A stretch of DNA of 51,876 nt from Alphaproteobacteria bacterium (GTDB taxonomy: Bacteria > Pseudomonadota > Alphaproteobacteria > HIMB59 > GCA-002718135): assembly GCA_045560915.1 (NCBI GenBank), contig JBJKYT010000016.1, positions 1-51,876 of the forward strand, in the 5' to 3' direction. Numbering within the stretch: the stretch's first letter is position 1; the number at the start of each line of letters is the position of its first letter. Position numbers and translations under genes: made by a program. Shown here one piece after another: positions 38,352 to 47,496 of this stretch. Under the pieces are notes generated by a model. The model saw only the letters and a list, made by a program, of their open reading frames with translations, had not been told where the DNA came from and ran no database searches.

Positions 38352-39464
38352 ATGAGTAATAAAAAAATTCTTATTTTACCTGGTGACGGTATTGGTAATG
38401 AGGTTATGGCTGAAGTTCTCAAAATTATTGATTGGATGGAAAAAACAAAATCAATGTCTTTTGAAATTTCAGAGAGATTAGTTGGTGGAGCTGCATATGA
38501 TAAAGAAGGAAACTCTATTAGTGATGAAACAATGCAGATTGCTCTGGGCTCAGATGCTGTTTTATTTGGTGCAGTAGGTGGGTCTAAATGGGATAATGTC
38601 GAAAGAGAAAAAAGACCTGAGGCTGCGTTATTAAGATTAAGAAAAGATTTAGATCTTTTTGCAAATTTAAGACCGGCTGTTGTACTAGATGCTTTAGCAG
38701 AATCTTCTACTTTAAAATTAGATTTAGTGAAAGGATTAGATATATTAATTGTACGAGAATTAACAAGTGGAGTATATTTTGGTCAGCCAAGAGGTATTTC
38801 TAAAATTAGTGATACGGAAAGTAAAGCTATTGATACTCAAGTTTATACTACATCTGAGATAGAGAGAGTTTCCAGAGTTGCTTTTGATTTAGCAAAATTG
38901 AGAAGAAATAAAGTTTCATCAGCTGAAAAATCTAATGTAATGGAAACCGGATTATTTTGGAGAAATATTGTTACTGATTTACATAAAAAAGAATATGCTT
39001 CAGTAAATCTTGAACATATCTTAGCTGATAACTGCGCAATGCAACTTGTTCGATATCCGAAACAATTTGATGTTATTTTAACAGACAACCTTTTTGGTGA
39101 TTTACTTAGTGATACTGCAGCAATGCTTACTGGCTCACTTGGTATGCTCCCATCAGCATCACTTGGACCATTAAAGGAAAATGGCTCTAGAGCTGCTATG
39201 TACGAACCAGTTCACGGAAGTGCACCAGATATCGCTGGTCAATCAAAAGCAAATCCCCTTGCAATGGTTATGAGTTTTGCCATGATGCTTAAATATAGTT
39301 TTGATATGCAAGAGGACAGTGAACTAATTGAAAAAGCTGTTCAAAATGTTTTATTAAAAGGCCTTAGAACTGCGGATATTAAAGATGGAGCAAAAAAAAT
39401 AGTTTCTACTAAAGAAATGGGAGATGCTGTAATACAGGAATTAAAAATATTATCAGGAAATTAA
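38352..39464 (+). CDS. leuB: 3-isopropylmalate dehydrogenase
   Basis: 370 aa with [31 protein letters not shown] and [12 protein letters not shown] blocks. Confidence 0.95.
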   Translation: MSNKKILILPGDGIGNEVMAEVLKIIDWMEKTKSMSFEISERLVGGAAYDKEGNSISDETMQIALGSDAVLFGAVGGSKWDNVEREKRPEAALLRLRKDLDLFANLRPAVVLDALAESSTLKLDLVKGLDILIVRELTSGVYFGQPRGISKISDTESKAIDTQVYTTSEIERVSRVAFDLAKLRRNKVSSAEKSNVMETGLFWRNIVTDLHKKEYASVNLEHILADNCAMQLVRYPKQFDVILTDNLFGDLLSDTAAMLTGSLGMLPSASLGPLKENGSRAAMYEPVHGSAPDIAGQSKANPLAMVMSFAMMLKYSFDMQEDSELIEKAVQNVLLKGLRTADIKDGAKKIVSTKEMGDAVIQELKILSGN

Positions 39465-40505
39465 ATGACACAAAAATATAATGTAGCAGTTGCTGGTGCA
39501 ACAGGAGCAGTTGGAAGCGAAATAATTCAAATTTTAGAACAAAGAAATTTTCCAATTGATAATCTATATTTACTTGCATCATCAAAATCTAAAGGGAAAA
39601 AGTTAGAATTTAAAGAAAAGGAAATTATTGTTGAGGATCTTGCTGAATTTGATTTTTCAAAAGCTCATATAGGCTTGTTTTCACCAGGTGGTAAAATTTC
39701 AGCTGAATATGCACCTAAAGCTGCTAGCGCTGGTTGTATAGTTATTGATAACACTTCTCATTTTAGAATGCAAAAAAATATTCCATTAATAGTTCCTGAA
39801 GTTAATGCAAATACCCTTGAAGAATTTTTTCAAGATGAAGAGAGAACAAACATCATTTCAAATCCTAATTGCTCAACAATTCAAATGGTGGTTGCTTTAA
39901 AACCACTTCATGAAAAATCAATCATAAATAGAATTGTAGTTTCAACATATCAAGCTGTGTCAGGTGCAGGTAAAACTGGAATGGACGAATTATTTAATCA
40001 AACTCAAAGTGTTTATGCAAACCAAGAACTGAAAAAAGAAAAGTTTACTAAGCAAATAGCTTTCAACGCAATTCCTCATATAGGTGCTTTTTTAGAAAAT
40101 GGTAATACAGAAGAAGAACAAAAAATGATTGATGAAACAAAAAAAATTTTAGATGAAGGAATTAAAGTTTCAGCAACATGTGTTAGAACAGCAGTGTTTA
40201 TTGGTCATTCGGAGGCTATAAATATTGAATTTGATTCTCCATTGGATGCTAAAGAAGCCCATGATATTTTATCTATGTCTGATGGTATTTCAGTTATTGA
40301 TCATAGAAAAGATGAAGGATACGTAACTCCTGTCGAAATAGCTGGCGAAGATAAAGTTTATATAAGCAGAATTAGAAATGATGACTCAATTGATAATGGT
40401 TTAAGTTTGTGGGTTGTATCAGATAATCTTCGTAAAGGAGCTGCCTTAAATGCTGTTCAGATAGCTGAAACTATAATAAAAGATTATGATCAGTATATTC
40501 AATAA
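39465..40505 (+). CDS. asd: Aspartate-semialdehyde dehydrogenase
   Basis: 346 aa with VAGATGAVG, the active-site NPNCSTIQMV block, STYQAVSGAG and SDNLRKGAALNAVQIAE. Confidence 0.95.
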   Translation: MTQKYNVAVAGATGAVGSEIIQILEQRNFPIDNLYLLASSKSKGKKLEFKEKEIIVEDLAEFDFSKAHIGLFSPGGKISAEYAPKAASAGCIVIDNTSHFRMQKNIPLIVPEVNANTLEEFFQDEERTNIISNPNCSTIQMVVALKPLHEKSIINRIVVSTYQAVSGAGKTGMDELFNQTQSVYANQELKKEKFTKQIAFNAIPHIGAFLENGNTEEEQKMIDETKKILDEGIKVSATCVRTAVFIGHSEAINIEFDSPLDAKEAHDILSMSDGISVIDHRKDEGYVTPVEIAGEDKVYISRIRNDDSIDNGLSLWVVSDNLRKGAALNAVQIAETIIKDYDQYIQ

Positions 40506-40523
40506 ATTAGTTTTTTTAATATT

Positions 40524-41171
40524 GTGAACGACAAAATTCATTTAAATATATCTAAACCTTTTGGTCCAAGTTTGGGCAAGGTAAATATTCCTGAAAACTT
40601 AATTATAAAAATCAATAATTATATAGATGAAGTAATAGAAAAAAATAAAGAAGCTGCTCAACTTAATGATTATGGATCAAGCCTAGCAGGTCAAGTAAAA
40701 CAAGAAATCAGATTACCAAAAGAAATAGTAGAAGGTGAACTCTTAGATTATCTTATTAGCATTTCAAAAACATATGTTAAATTGTCTTGTGGACAGGAAA
40801 TAACTAAATTTGAACTTATGTCTGCTTGGGTTGTAAGACAATTTGAAAATGAATATAATCCTGCCCATGTACATGGAGGCCATCTTTCAGGTGCTGGATA
40901 TCTTAAATTACCAGATACTTTTGGAGAAACAATTCAAGAAAATAAAAAAAATGTTCATGGAAATATAAATTTTATTCATGGAACTGAACAATTTCTTTCC
41001 AAGGGCGCTTTATCAGAAAAACCACGTGTGGGAGATTTTTATATTTTTCCTCATTATTTATTTCATTCAGTAAATCCTTTTATAGGATCAGGAGAAAGAA
41101 GATCTTTGTCATTTAATGCAAAAATTGATGAAGAAATTTTTAGTGTTCATAGTCATAGAACAAAAAAATAA
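40524..41171 (+). CDS. Small putative 2OG-Fe(II) oxygenase-like protein (family common in marine bacteria and phages)
   Basis: 215 aa with a GTG start. It has the pattern NPAHVHGGHLSGAGYL...G.I.F.......PRVGDFYIFPHYLFHSVNPF...RRSLSFN, which is a jelly-roll H-x-H...H pattern. The family was recognised from memory. Confidence 0.6.
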   Translation: MNDKIHLNISKPFGPSLGKVNIPENLIIKINNYIDEVIEKNKEAAQLNDYGSSLAGQVKQEIRLPKEIVEGELLDYLISISKTYVKLSCGQEITKFELMSAWVVRQFENEYNPAHVHGGHLSGAGYLKLPDTFGETIQENKKNVHGNINFIHGTEQFLSKGALSEKPRVGDFYIFPHYLFHSVNPFIGSGERRSLSFNAKIDEEIFSVHSHRTKK

Positions 41172-41243
41172 TAAAATTTTTTAGGAGCTTAAACCTTTAC
41201 TTTGACTAACGTAAATTTCAAATAGAAAATTTATGGCAATTAA

Positions 41244-42128
41244 TTAAATATAATTTAATTCAGTCAATTGATTTTTGAATTTCTTCTCAATTGCCTCTAG
41301 TTGTTTTTGATTTAATATTTTTTTCCATTGTTTTTGTTGCCCTACTCTAAAAAAATTAGAATGCAAATGTTCTGAAAAGCCATATTGCAATTCTTTTTTC
41401 TTTAAGTTATCAAATTTTGTTGATTCAATAATATTTTTTATTTTATTACTTTCATTAGTGATTTTTATATTATAATTTTTGTAAAAAAATTTTGTTATTT
41501 TTTGTATTTCTAATTCTATATTATTTAACATATCTTCGTATTTAAGAAATAAGCACGGCACTTCTGAAAATTTTTTCCACGACAAATAGTTATCTCTCCA
41601 ATTTAGTATAATTTCAGGCATTTTATTATCTATTTTTTCTTTTTTCATAATTTGTCCGTCTAATAAAAAACTAATTGTTTCATCAATGTCTTTATTTATA
41701 TGTTTACTATATGAAATAACAATGTCTCTAGGATCTCTAGAAAGATAAATAAAACCTAGCGTAGTTGATGAGTCAGTATAAAAGTTATTATTAATTTTCA
41801 ATCTGGCATTGTGTGTTTTAAATAAACCAAATTTACCTTTCTCAATATTAATTTTTTTTTGTGCCTCAATCCAATATTTAGAATAAGTTAAAACTGACTC
41901 TTCATTATATTCTCTTCCATTGAAAATTATATTATAATCATCTAATGATTTCTTTTTTACAAACCTAAAATTTTTTAGATTATCAAAACCTGTAATCTTA
42001 TTTAGTAAATTAAAATTATTTAAATTCCCATCTTCAGTAAAAAAAAGACCACATAAAATTAATCTTAACCAAGTATTGCCACTTTTAGGATATGAAGCAA
42101 TCCAAAACATTTTTTTATCGTTAATCAT
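41244..42128 (-). CDS. Sulfotransferase-domain protein
   Basis: 294 aa with a PAPS 5'-phosphosulfate-binding loop (SYPKSGNTWLR) and a 3'-phosphate-binding region (YLSRDPRDIVISY). Confidence 0.75.
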   Translation of the reverse strand: MINDKKMFWIASYPKSGNTWLRLILCGLFFTEDGNLNNFNLLNKITGFDNLKNFRFVKKKSLDDYNIIFNGREYNEESVLTYSKYWIEAQKKINIEKGKFGLFKTHNARLKINNNFYTDSSTTLGFIYLSRDPRDIVISYSKHINKDIDETISFLLDGQIMKKEKIDNKMPEIILNWRDNYLSWKKFSEVPCLFLKYEDMLNNIELEIQKITKFFYKNYNIKITNESNKIKNIIESTKFDNLKKKELQYGFSEHLHSNFFRVGQQKQWKKILNQKQLEAIEKKFKNQLTELNYI

Positions 42129-42158
42129 TAATTATTTCATTTTTTATATTTATTAAAT

Positions 42159-42233
42159 TGGCAGTCTCGTAGGGACTCGAACCCCAAACTTTGGTTCCGA
42201 AGACCAACGTGATATCCATTTCACCACGAGACC
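42159..42233 (-). tRNA. tRNA-Arg (anticodon UCG), CCA encoded
   Basis: The minus strand reads GGTCTCG-TG-GTGA-AATGGATA-TCAC-G-TTGGT-CTTCGGA-ACCAA-AGTT-TGGGG-TTCGAGT-CCCTA-CGAGACT-G-CCA. This folds into a cloverleaf with a 7-bp acceptor stem (G1-U72), a T-loop TTCGAGT and anticodon loop C-U-UCG-G-A. Confidence 0.9.
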
Positions 42234-42271
42234 TTATAAAAATAATCTTTATCATTTTTTAATAACTTTAA

Positions 42272-42832
42272 CTACCAAGCACTATTTGGTAGTTTTAAAA
42301 AAATTTCTTCTTTTGGAGTAGATTTTCTTCCAAGAATCTCATTTCTATGAGGATAACGACCAAATTTTTTTATTGGAATTGTGTGATCATCCCAAGCCTT
42401 TTTTATTAAATGATATTTTTCATGTTTTTTTAAATATGCTTCTATGAGCTTATGACCAAAAATGTGATCACTAATATCTTCACTATGAATTAAAGGAAGT
42501 AATAAAAAATGTATTTTATCAAGATCTAATTCTTCTAAATAACCTCTGTCTACGGCTTCATTTACTATTAGTCTTGTTTTGTAGTCTTGATGAAATGCTT
42601 TTTTGCTGTTTCTAAAAAGATTTCTTGAAAATTGATCAAGTAAAATTACCAAAGCTACACATTCATTAGGATTATCCTGCCAATCGTCATATTCATTATT
42701 AATAGCTTGATTATAATCTTCTAAGAAAAGATTTCTAATTTTTTTATCAAAATTATCATTTTTTTCAAACCAATCTTTTATTGATGATTTGATAAACCAA
42801 AATTCAAGTATTTTTTTTGCTCTTTCATTCAT
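42272..42832 (-). CDS. DUF924-family protein
   Basis: 186 aa with the pattern ILEFWF...W+....FD..IR..F, then LLDQFSRN+FR and GRYPHRN..LGR, which is characteristic of DUF924. Confidence 0.75.
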   Translation of the reverse strand: MNERAKKILEFWFIKSSIKDWFEKNDNFDKKIRNLFLEDYNQAINNEYDDWQDNPNECVALVILLDQFSRNLFRNSKKAFHQDYKTRLIVNEAVDRGYLEELDLDKIHFLLLPLIHSEDISDHIFGHKLIEAYLKKHEKYHLIKKAWDDHTIPIKKFGRYPHRNEILGRKSTPKEEIFLKLPNSAW

Positions 42833-42865
42833 ATCTTTACTATAATATAGAAGACTTATTTCTTC

Positions 42866-43546
42866 ATGACACTAATAAAATTAAATCAAACCATTACTAA
42901 ATGTAGACAATGTAAGAGGCTTGTAAATTTTAGAGAAAAAATTGCAAAAGAAAAACGTAAACAATACATAAATGAAAATTATTGGGGAAAACCAATAACT
43001 GGGTATGGTGATCCAGATGCCAAATTGTTAATGATCGGATTAGCACCAGCGGCTCATGGAGGTAACAGAACTGGAAGAGTTTTTACTGGAGATAAATCAT
43101 CTGAATTTTTATTTCAATGTTTGTTTAAAGCGGGCTTATCAAATAAGTCCAACTCATTAGAAAAAAATGATGGATTAAAGTTATATAATGCTTATTTAAC
43201 CACTGCTCTCAAATGTGTTCCCCCTGAAGATAAACCAACATCTAAAGAATTAAAGACTTGTTTTGCCTTTTTTAAAAAAGAGAAAAATCATTTAAGAAAT
43301 ATCAAAGTAATTTTGGCCTTAGGCAAAATTGCTTTTGACGCATGTTTAAATTTTTATAGAGAAGATTATGAAATAAAAACTAAAAACTATAAATTTTCTC
43401 ACGGATGCAAATTTCAACTACCTGATAAAAAAATTCTTGTCGGATGTTATCATCCTAGTCCACGAAATGTGAATACTGGAAGAATCAATATAAAGAAAAT
43501 GGTTAATTTATTAAATGAAGTTAAAAAAATAACATTAAAATATTAA
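42866..43546 (+). CDS. Uracil-DNA glycosylase, family 5 (UdgB-like)
   Basis: 226 aa with N-terminal Cys ligands (CRQCKRL), the motif MIGLAPAAHGGNRTGRVFTGD (GLAPA rather than the family-4 GE.PG) and the C-terminal YHPSPRN block. Confidence 0.85.
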   Translation: MTLIKLNQTITKCRQCKRLVNFREKIAKEKRKQYINENYWGKPITGYGDPDAKLLMIGLAPAAHGGNRTGRVFTGDKSSEFLFQCLFKAGLSNKSNSLEKNDGLKLYNAYLTTALKCVPPEDKPTSKELKTCFAFFKKEKNHLRNIKVILALGKIAFDACLNFYREDYEIKTKNYKFSHGCKFQLPDKKILVGCYHPSPRNVNTGRINIKKMVNLLNEVKKITLKY

Positions 43547-43757
43547 TATGATTAAAACAAAAAACTCAATTAATATAATTCATATAGAAAGCAATGGACA
43601 ACAATCATTTTTTGGACGTGATAATATTTTTTTTAAAACAATTAATATGCCAAAAAAACAACACTTTAAAAATATATGTTGTAAATTTAAATTAAAAAAA
43701 TCATATAAAAAAAGAAAATTATTTTTACCTTTTTTTTCAATTTGTAATTAATAAAAT

Positions 43758-44954
43758 ATGAGAGATTTTTTATCATTTGACCCTAAATTACTTGTTTACG
43801 GATTTGCTATTCTTTTTTTTGCTAGTTTTGGTCAAACATTTTTTATTTCAATTTATAATTTAGAGATAAGAGAATTTTATATTTTAACAGATGGAGAATT
43901 TGGTTTAGTTTACGCTCTTGGCACTTTGTCTAGCTCACTTATTCTAGTGGGGTTTGCTAAACTTATAGATTACATAGATCTGAGAATTTACTCTTTAATA
44001 ATTTCAGTAGGCTTATCTTTAGCGTGTTTAGGCATGTATTCATCTTTTAAGAGTCCTTTTTTTCTTTTTTTTGTTATATTTGCTTTACGTTTTTTTGGCC
44101 AAGGAGCCATGTCTCATGCAGGAGAAACCACAATGGCCAGATACTTTGGTGATAACAGAGGGAAAGCTTTATCAGTTGCTACACTAGGAGGAATGATTGG
44201 TGTTATGATATTGCCAATGATTGTTGTTAAATTAGCTGGTAATTTAGAGTGGAAACATATTTGGTTAGCAGGGAGTTTTAGTATTTTAATTATTTTTTTA
44301 CCAATACTTTTTCTATCTTTACAAAATCAATCAATCAGACACTCTAATTTTAAAGAAAATTCATTAAATTTTGTACATAACAAAACTTGGCGAACCAGAG
44401 ATGTTGTATTTGATAAAAAATTTTATTATTATTTACCAATTTCTATTGCTGCACCATATATTAGTACCGGACTGACATTTCATCAAATTTTTATTATTAA
44501 TCAAAAAGGTTGGACTATTCAAATGTTAGCAAATGGATTTATTTTTTTAGGAATATTTTCTATCATAGGAATAATTATAGGCGGTCCTATAGTTGATAAA
44601 TATAATACAAAAAAAGTAATTTATTTTACACTAGCTCCTTTGTTTTTTGGAATACTAGCGTTAATTTTTTTTGAAAGTTATTTTTTTATGATGTTTTACA
44701 TGTCTTTGCTTGGTTTAAGCTTAGGAATTGGAGCTCCGTTTATAGGATCTTTATGGGCAGAACTTTATGGTCTTGAAAGCTTAGGATCTGTAAAAGCACT
44801 ACTTCATGCACTAGGAGTTTTTTTTAGTGCTTTATCACCAGTAGTTTTTGGCTATATGATAGATTTTGGAATGGGTGTGCTATCTATTAGTTTTATGAGC
44901 TTATTCATAATAATATTTTCAACTCTTTTGCCCTTTTTTTACAAACAAAATTGA
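43758..44954 (+). CDS. MFS-type transporter
   Basis: 398 aa with ~12 hydrophobic helices in a 6+6 layout around a central loop. The substrate is unknown. Confidence 0.8.
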   Translation: MRDFLSFDPKLLVYGFAILFFASFGQTFFISIYNLEIREFYILTDGEFGLVYALGTLSSSLILVGFAKLIDYIDLRIYSLIISVGLSLACLGMYSSFKSPFFLFFVIFALRFFGQGAMSHAGETTMARYFGDNRGKALSVATLGGMIGVMILPMIVVKLAGNLEWKHIWLAGSFSILIIFLPILFLSLQNQSIRHSNFKENSLNFVHNKTWRTRDVVFDKKFYYYLPISIAAPYISTGLTFHQIFIINQKGWTIQMLANGFIFLGIFSIIGIIIGGPIVDKYNTKKVIYFTLAPLFFGILALIFFESYFFMMFYMSLLGLSLGIGAPFIGSLWAELYGLESLGSVKALLHALGVFFSALSPVVFGYMIDFGMGVLSISFMSLFIIIFSTLLPFFYKQN

Positions 44955-45093
44955 TGAATAAACATATTGATGAAAGTTTAAAATATGTTTTTGAAGAATA
45001 TAAAAGATTAAAATTAAAAGAAAAAAAACAAAAAATTAACAATTGAAGAGAATGAAACACTTAAAAAACTTTCTTCTTTTTTAGGAAAGTCAA

Positions 45094-46138
45094 ATGAAAA
45101 ATAACTTAATGAAAATATATAATGATTTTATATCAAATAATTTTATTAGTTATGATGAAGATCAAATTAAAATTTTAAATATTTTTGAAGAAATTTGGAA
45201 TCAAAATCAAAAAATTAATTTTTTTATAAACAAACAAAAAACCTAAAGGCATATATCTTTATGGTAAAGTTGGTATTGGTAAAACTTTTCTAATTAATTT
45301 ATTTATAAATAATATTAAAAAATCAAAAAAATTTCATTTTAATCATTTTATGATTAACTTACATGCATTTATTAACAATCACAGTAAAAAAGATTTTGCT
45401 TTAGAAATATATGTAAAAAAGCTTTCTCAAAAATATAAAATTATATTTATTGATGAGCTACATGTTTTTAATATAGTAGATGCATTATTATTAAAAAAAA
45501 ATATTCCATTTTTTTCAAAAATATAAAGTTTTTATTGTTACTTCTTCAAATTATACTCCTAATGACCTCTATAAAAATGGTTTACAAAGAGAAGATTTTA
45601 TTCCGTTTATTGAACATATTAAAAATAATTTTAAAGTTTTACATTTAGAGAGTTTTGAAGATTATAGACGACAAATGCTTAACCAGGCAAAGACTTACTA
45701 TAGTCCAGTTAATAGTAAAACTATTAATGAATTTAATAAACTTTTTGATCGTTTTGTAGATAAGGAGAAATACATATAAGAAAAATTAAAACTAAAAGCA
45801 GAACTATACGTCTTGAAAAATGTACAGCTAATATTGCTTATTGTGAATTTTCTGAACTTTGTATGGCTAATTTAGCTCACGAAGATTATAAAAATATTGC
45901 GAATGAATTTAGTATTTTATTTATTAATAAAGTTCCAGAATTTTCAGATTCTGAATCTGATCAATGCAGAAGATTTATTAGCCTAATTGATATGCTGTAT
46001 GAAAAAAATTGTTCAGTAGTGATATTGGCAGAAAAACCAATTAATAGCTTATGTAATATACAAAGACTAAAAATTGATTTCGAGAGAACAGCTAGCAGAT
46101 TATATGAAATGACAATTATAACTTCCGAAAAAAAATGA
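45094..46138 (+). pseudogene. zapE: AFG1-family ATPase (ZapE-like), fragmented over four reading frames
   Basis: Hand translation gives four pieces. Frame A (45094-45246) holds the N-terminal domain. Frame B (from 45242) holds Walker A YGKVGIGKTFL and Walker B IIFIDELHV, and stops at 45524. Frame C (from ~45501) reads VTSSNYTPNDLYKNGLQREDFIPFI...DYRR and stops at 45777. Frame D continues to 46138 with CEFSELC...HEDYKNIA...RRFISLIDMLYE...FERTASRLYEM. The breaks sit at or near A-runs (45231-45241, 45493-45501) and at ~45762-45776. Confidence 0.8.
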
Positions 46139-47128
46139 TAAAAAAATTAATTTATATTTTTAGCTCTTTGATATTTTTTATATTTATCATTTATGTAGCT
46201 GCTGGTTTTTACTTAGCTAATACTATACTAAAAATTGACCCTTCGTGCGGATTACATGAAGGAGCCCTACCTAATACATGGTCAACATTAGTAGATCATC
46301 ATGAATACTCAAATGTTAACAGGAGCATTCTCAGAAAAAATTTTCCTTTTAAAAATTATCATATTAATGATTGGCAGGAAGTTTATTTTTCTTCTAGAGA
46401 AAAAGATATTAAAATAAGTGGATGGTTATTTGACCACCATAAAGACCAACCAATTGTAATAATAGTTCACGGATTATTTCCTAACGGAAAATGTAAACCA
46501 GAGTCTAATCTTTTAGCGAGCTTATTAATAAAAAATAATATTAATGCTCTTACAATTGATTTAAGAAATTATGGTGATAGTACTACTGTTAGTAACTATG
46601 AAAATTTAGGATTAAGTGAATATAAAGATGTTTTAGGTGCTTATGATTTTTTGGTAGAAAATGGATTTAGAGAATCTGCTATTGCTTACTAGGCATTTCT
46701 TTAGGAGGAACCTCAGTTATATTTGCTGGCAAAGAAGAGCCAAATATTAAAGCTATTTGGCTTGATAGTACTTTAGCAGAATTCAAAATGATTTTAAAAG
46801 ATGAAATTGCTCGTTATGGATTTCCTCATGATTTTGGGACCATCAGTAAGTTTTGCTGGCAAGTTTTTAACAGGAATTGATCCAACAAAACTATCACCAG
46901 CATTTTCTTTAACCAAAACTCAAAATTATTTTTTTTACTCACGGAGATAAAGATGAAAGAGTATTAATTCATCATTTTGATTTTTTTAAAGAATATATAA
47001 GTAAGAATAATATCAAAGCAAAATTATGGCTTGCAAAAGACTCATATCATGTTGATGCAATGTTTAAATACCCAGAAGAATATGGAATAAAACTACAAAT
47101 TTTTTTTGAAGAACATTTAAATAATTAA
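46135..47128 (+). pseudogene. Membrane-anchored alpha/beta-fold hydrolase, fragmented over four reading frames
   Basis: Frame 1 (46135-46692) holds a TM anchor and the HG oxyanion block (VIIVHGLFPNG). Frame 2 holds the nucleophile elbow LLGISLGG. Frame 3 reads GPSVSFAGKFLTGIDP. Frame 4 reads FTHGDKDERV (Asp) ... SYHVDA (His) and runs to the stop at 47126-47128. The breaks are at ~46672-46692, ~46831-46840 and the T8 run 46929-46936. Confidence 0.75.
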
Positions 47129-47130
47129 AA

Positions 47131-47277
47131 GTGCCGGACTCGTCTTCACCAGTTTGTACCTTGGCAGACACTTCTCTAGTTTCGACAAAACTCTAATACA
47201 TCATCCGGCGGGAATGATTGTAAACTGTCTCTCGGCGTTCCTCCGAAGCTAAGAAAACGAGTTTTTATCCGGCATTA
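47131..47277 (+). ncRNA. Candidate structured small RNA (GC-rich island; identity unknown, 6S-like rod is one possibility)
   Basis: The segment has no ORF and is roughly 45-47% G+C by hand count, within an AT-rich spacer. Its termini pair: TGCCGGA 47132-38 with TCCGGCA 47268-74, and CTCGT 47139-43 with ACGAG 47257-61. There is an apical hairpin (47197-47222) and two local hairpins. The strand is uncertain; a single G-U pair at the closing stem weakly favours plus. Confidence 0.35.
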
Positions 47278-47372
47278 CCAAATTACTTTCAAACTAGAAA
47301 TTATTCAAGAAATAAGGAAAAAAAAGATTAATTTATTTATCTAAGTTCTTAGAATTTCAGCTAAAATTTATA

Positions 47373-47393
47373 ATATCCACAGATTTATCCACA
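47373..47393 (+). promoter_or_regulatory. Two tandem DnaA-box motifs upstream of sdhC
   Basis: aTATCCACA lies at 47373-47381 and the perfect consensus TTATCCACA at 47385-47393. They share the same orientation, are 3 nt apart and sit ~105 nt upstream of the sdhC start. Confidence 0.4.
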
Positions 47394-47496
47394 TTATTTT
47401 CATAAATTGATTATAGTCTAAAAAGGGATTTTTTTTTGAATTTCTCTAAAAAAAGAATACTTAAAAGTTTGAATATATATTTTTAATTTTCAATAA

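Noticed and set aside
43548-43751. 67-aa ORF between the UDG gene and the MFS transporter
   Set aside because: It has a Lys/Asn/Phe-rich, low-complexity composition typical of translated AT-rich spacer, with no motif or SD. It is more likely the promoter region of the MFS gene. I also saw no riboswitch-like GC structure there.
47131-47277. Assignment of the GC-rich island to SRP RNA, tmRNA, RNase P RNA or a tRNA
   Set aside because: The apical hairpin resembles CC-GNNN-GG but lacks the conserved symmetric-loop AGG/AGCA of SRP domain IV. There is no P4 GGAAAGUCCGG-type sequence, no T-arm or acceptor mimic, and no plausible Ala-started tag ending in hydrophobic Ala residues (the only short frame reads ADTSLVSTKL*). 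There is no cloverleaf.
47281-47496. The chromosomal origin (oriC), considered because of the DnaA boxes and AT-rich spacer
   Set aside because: I saw only two boxes, no further box cluster by eye, and no obvious strand-bias switch of genes around this point. Typical alphaproteobacterial origin neighbours (hemE, dnaA, parAB) are absent from the window. It is kept only as a regulatory-site hypothesis.
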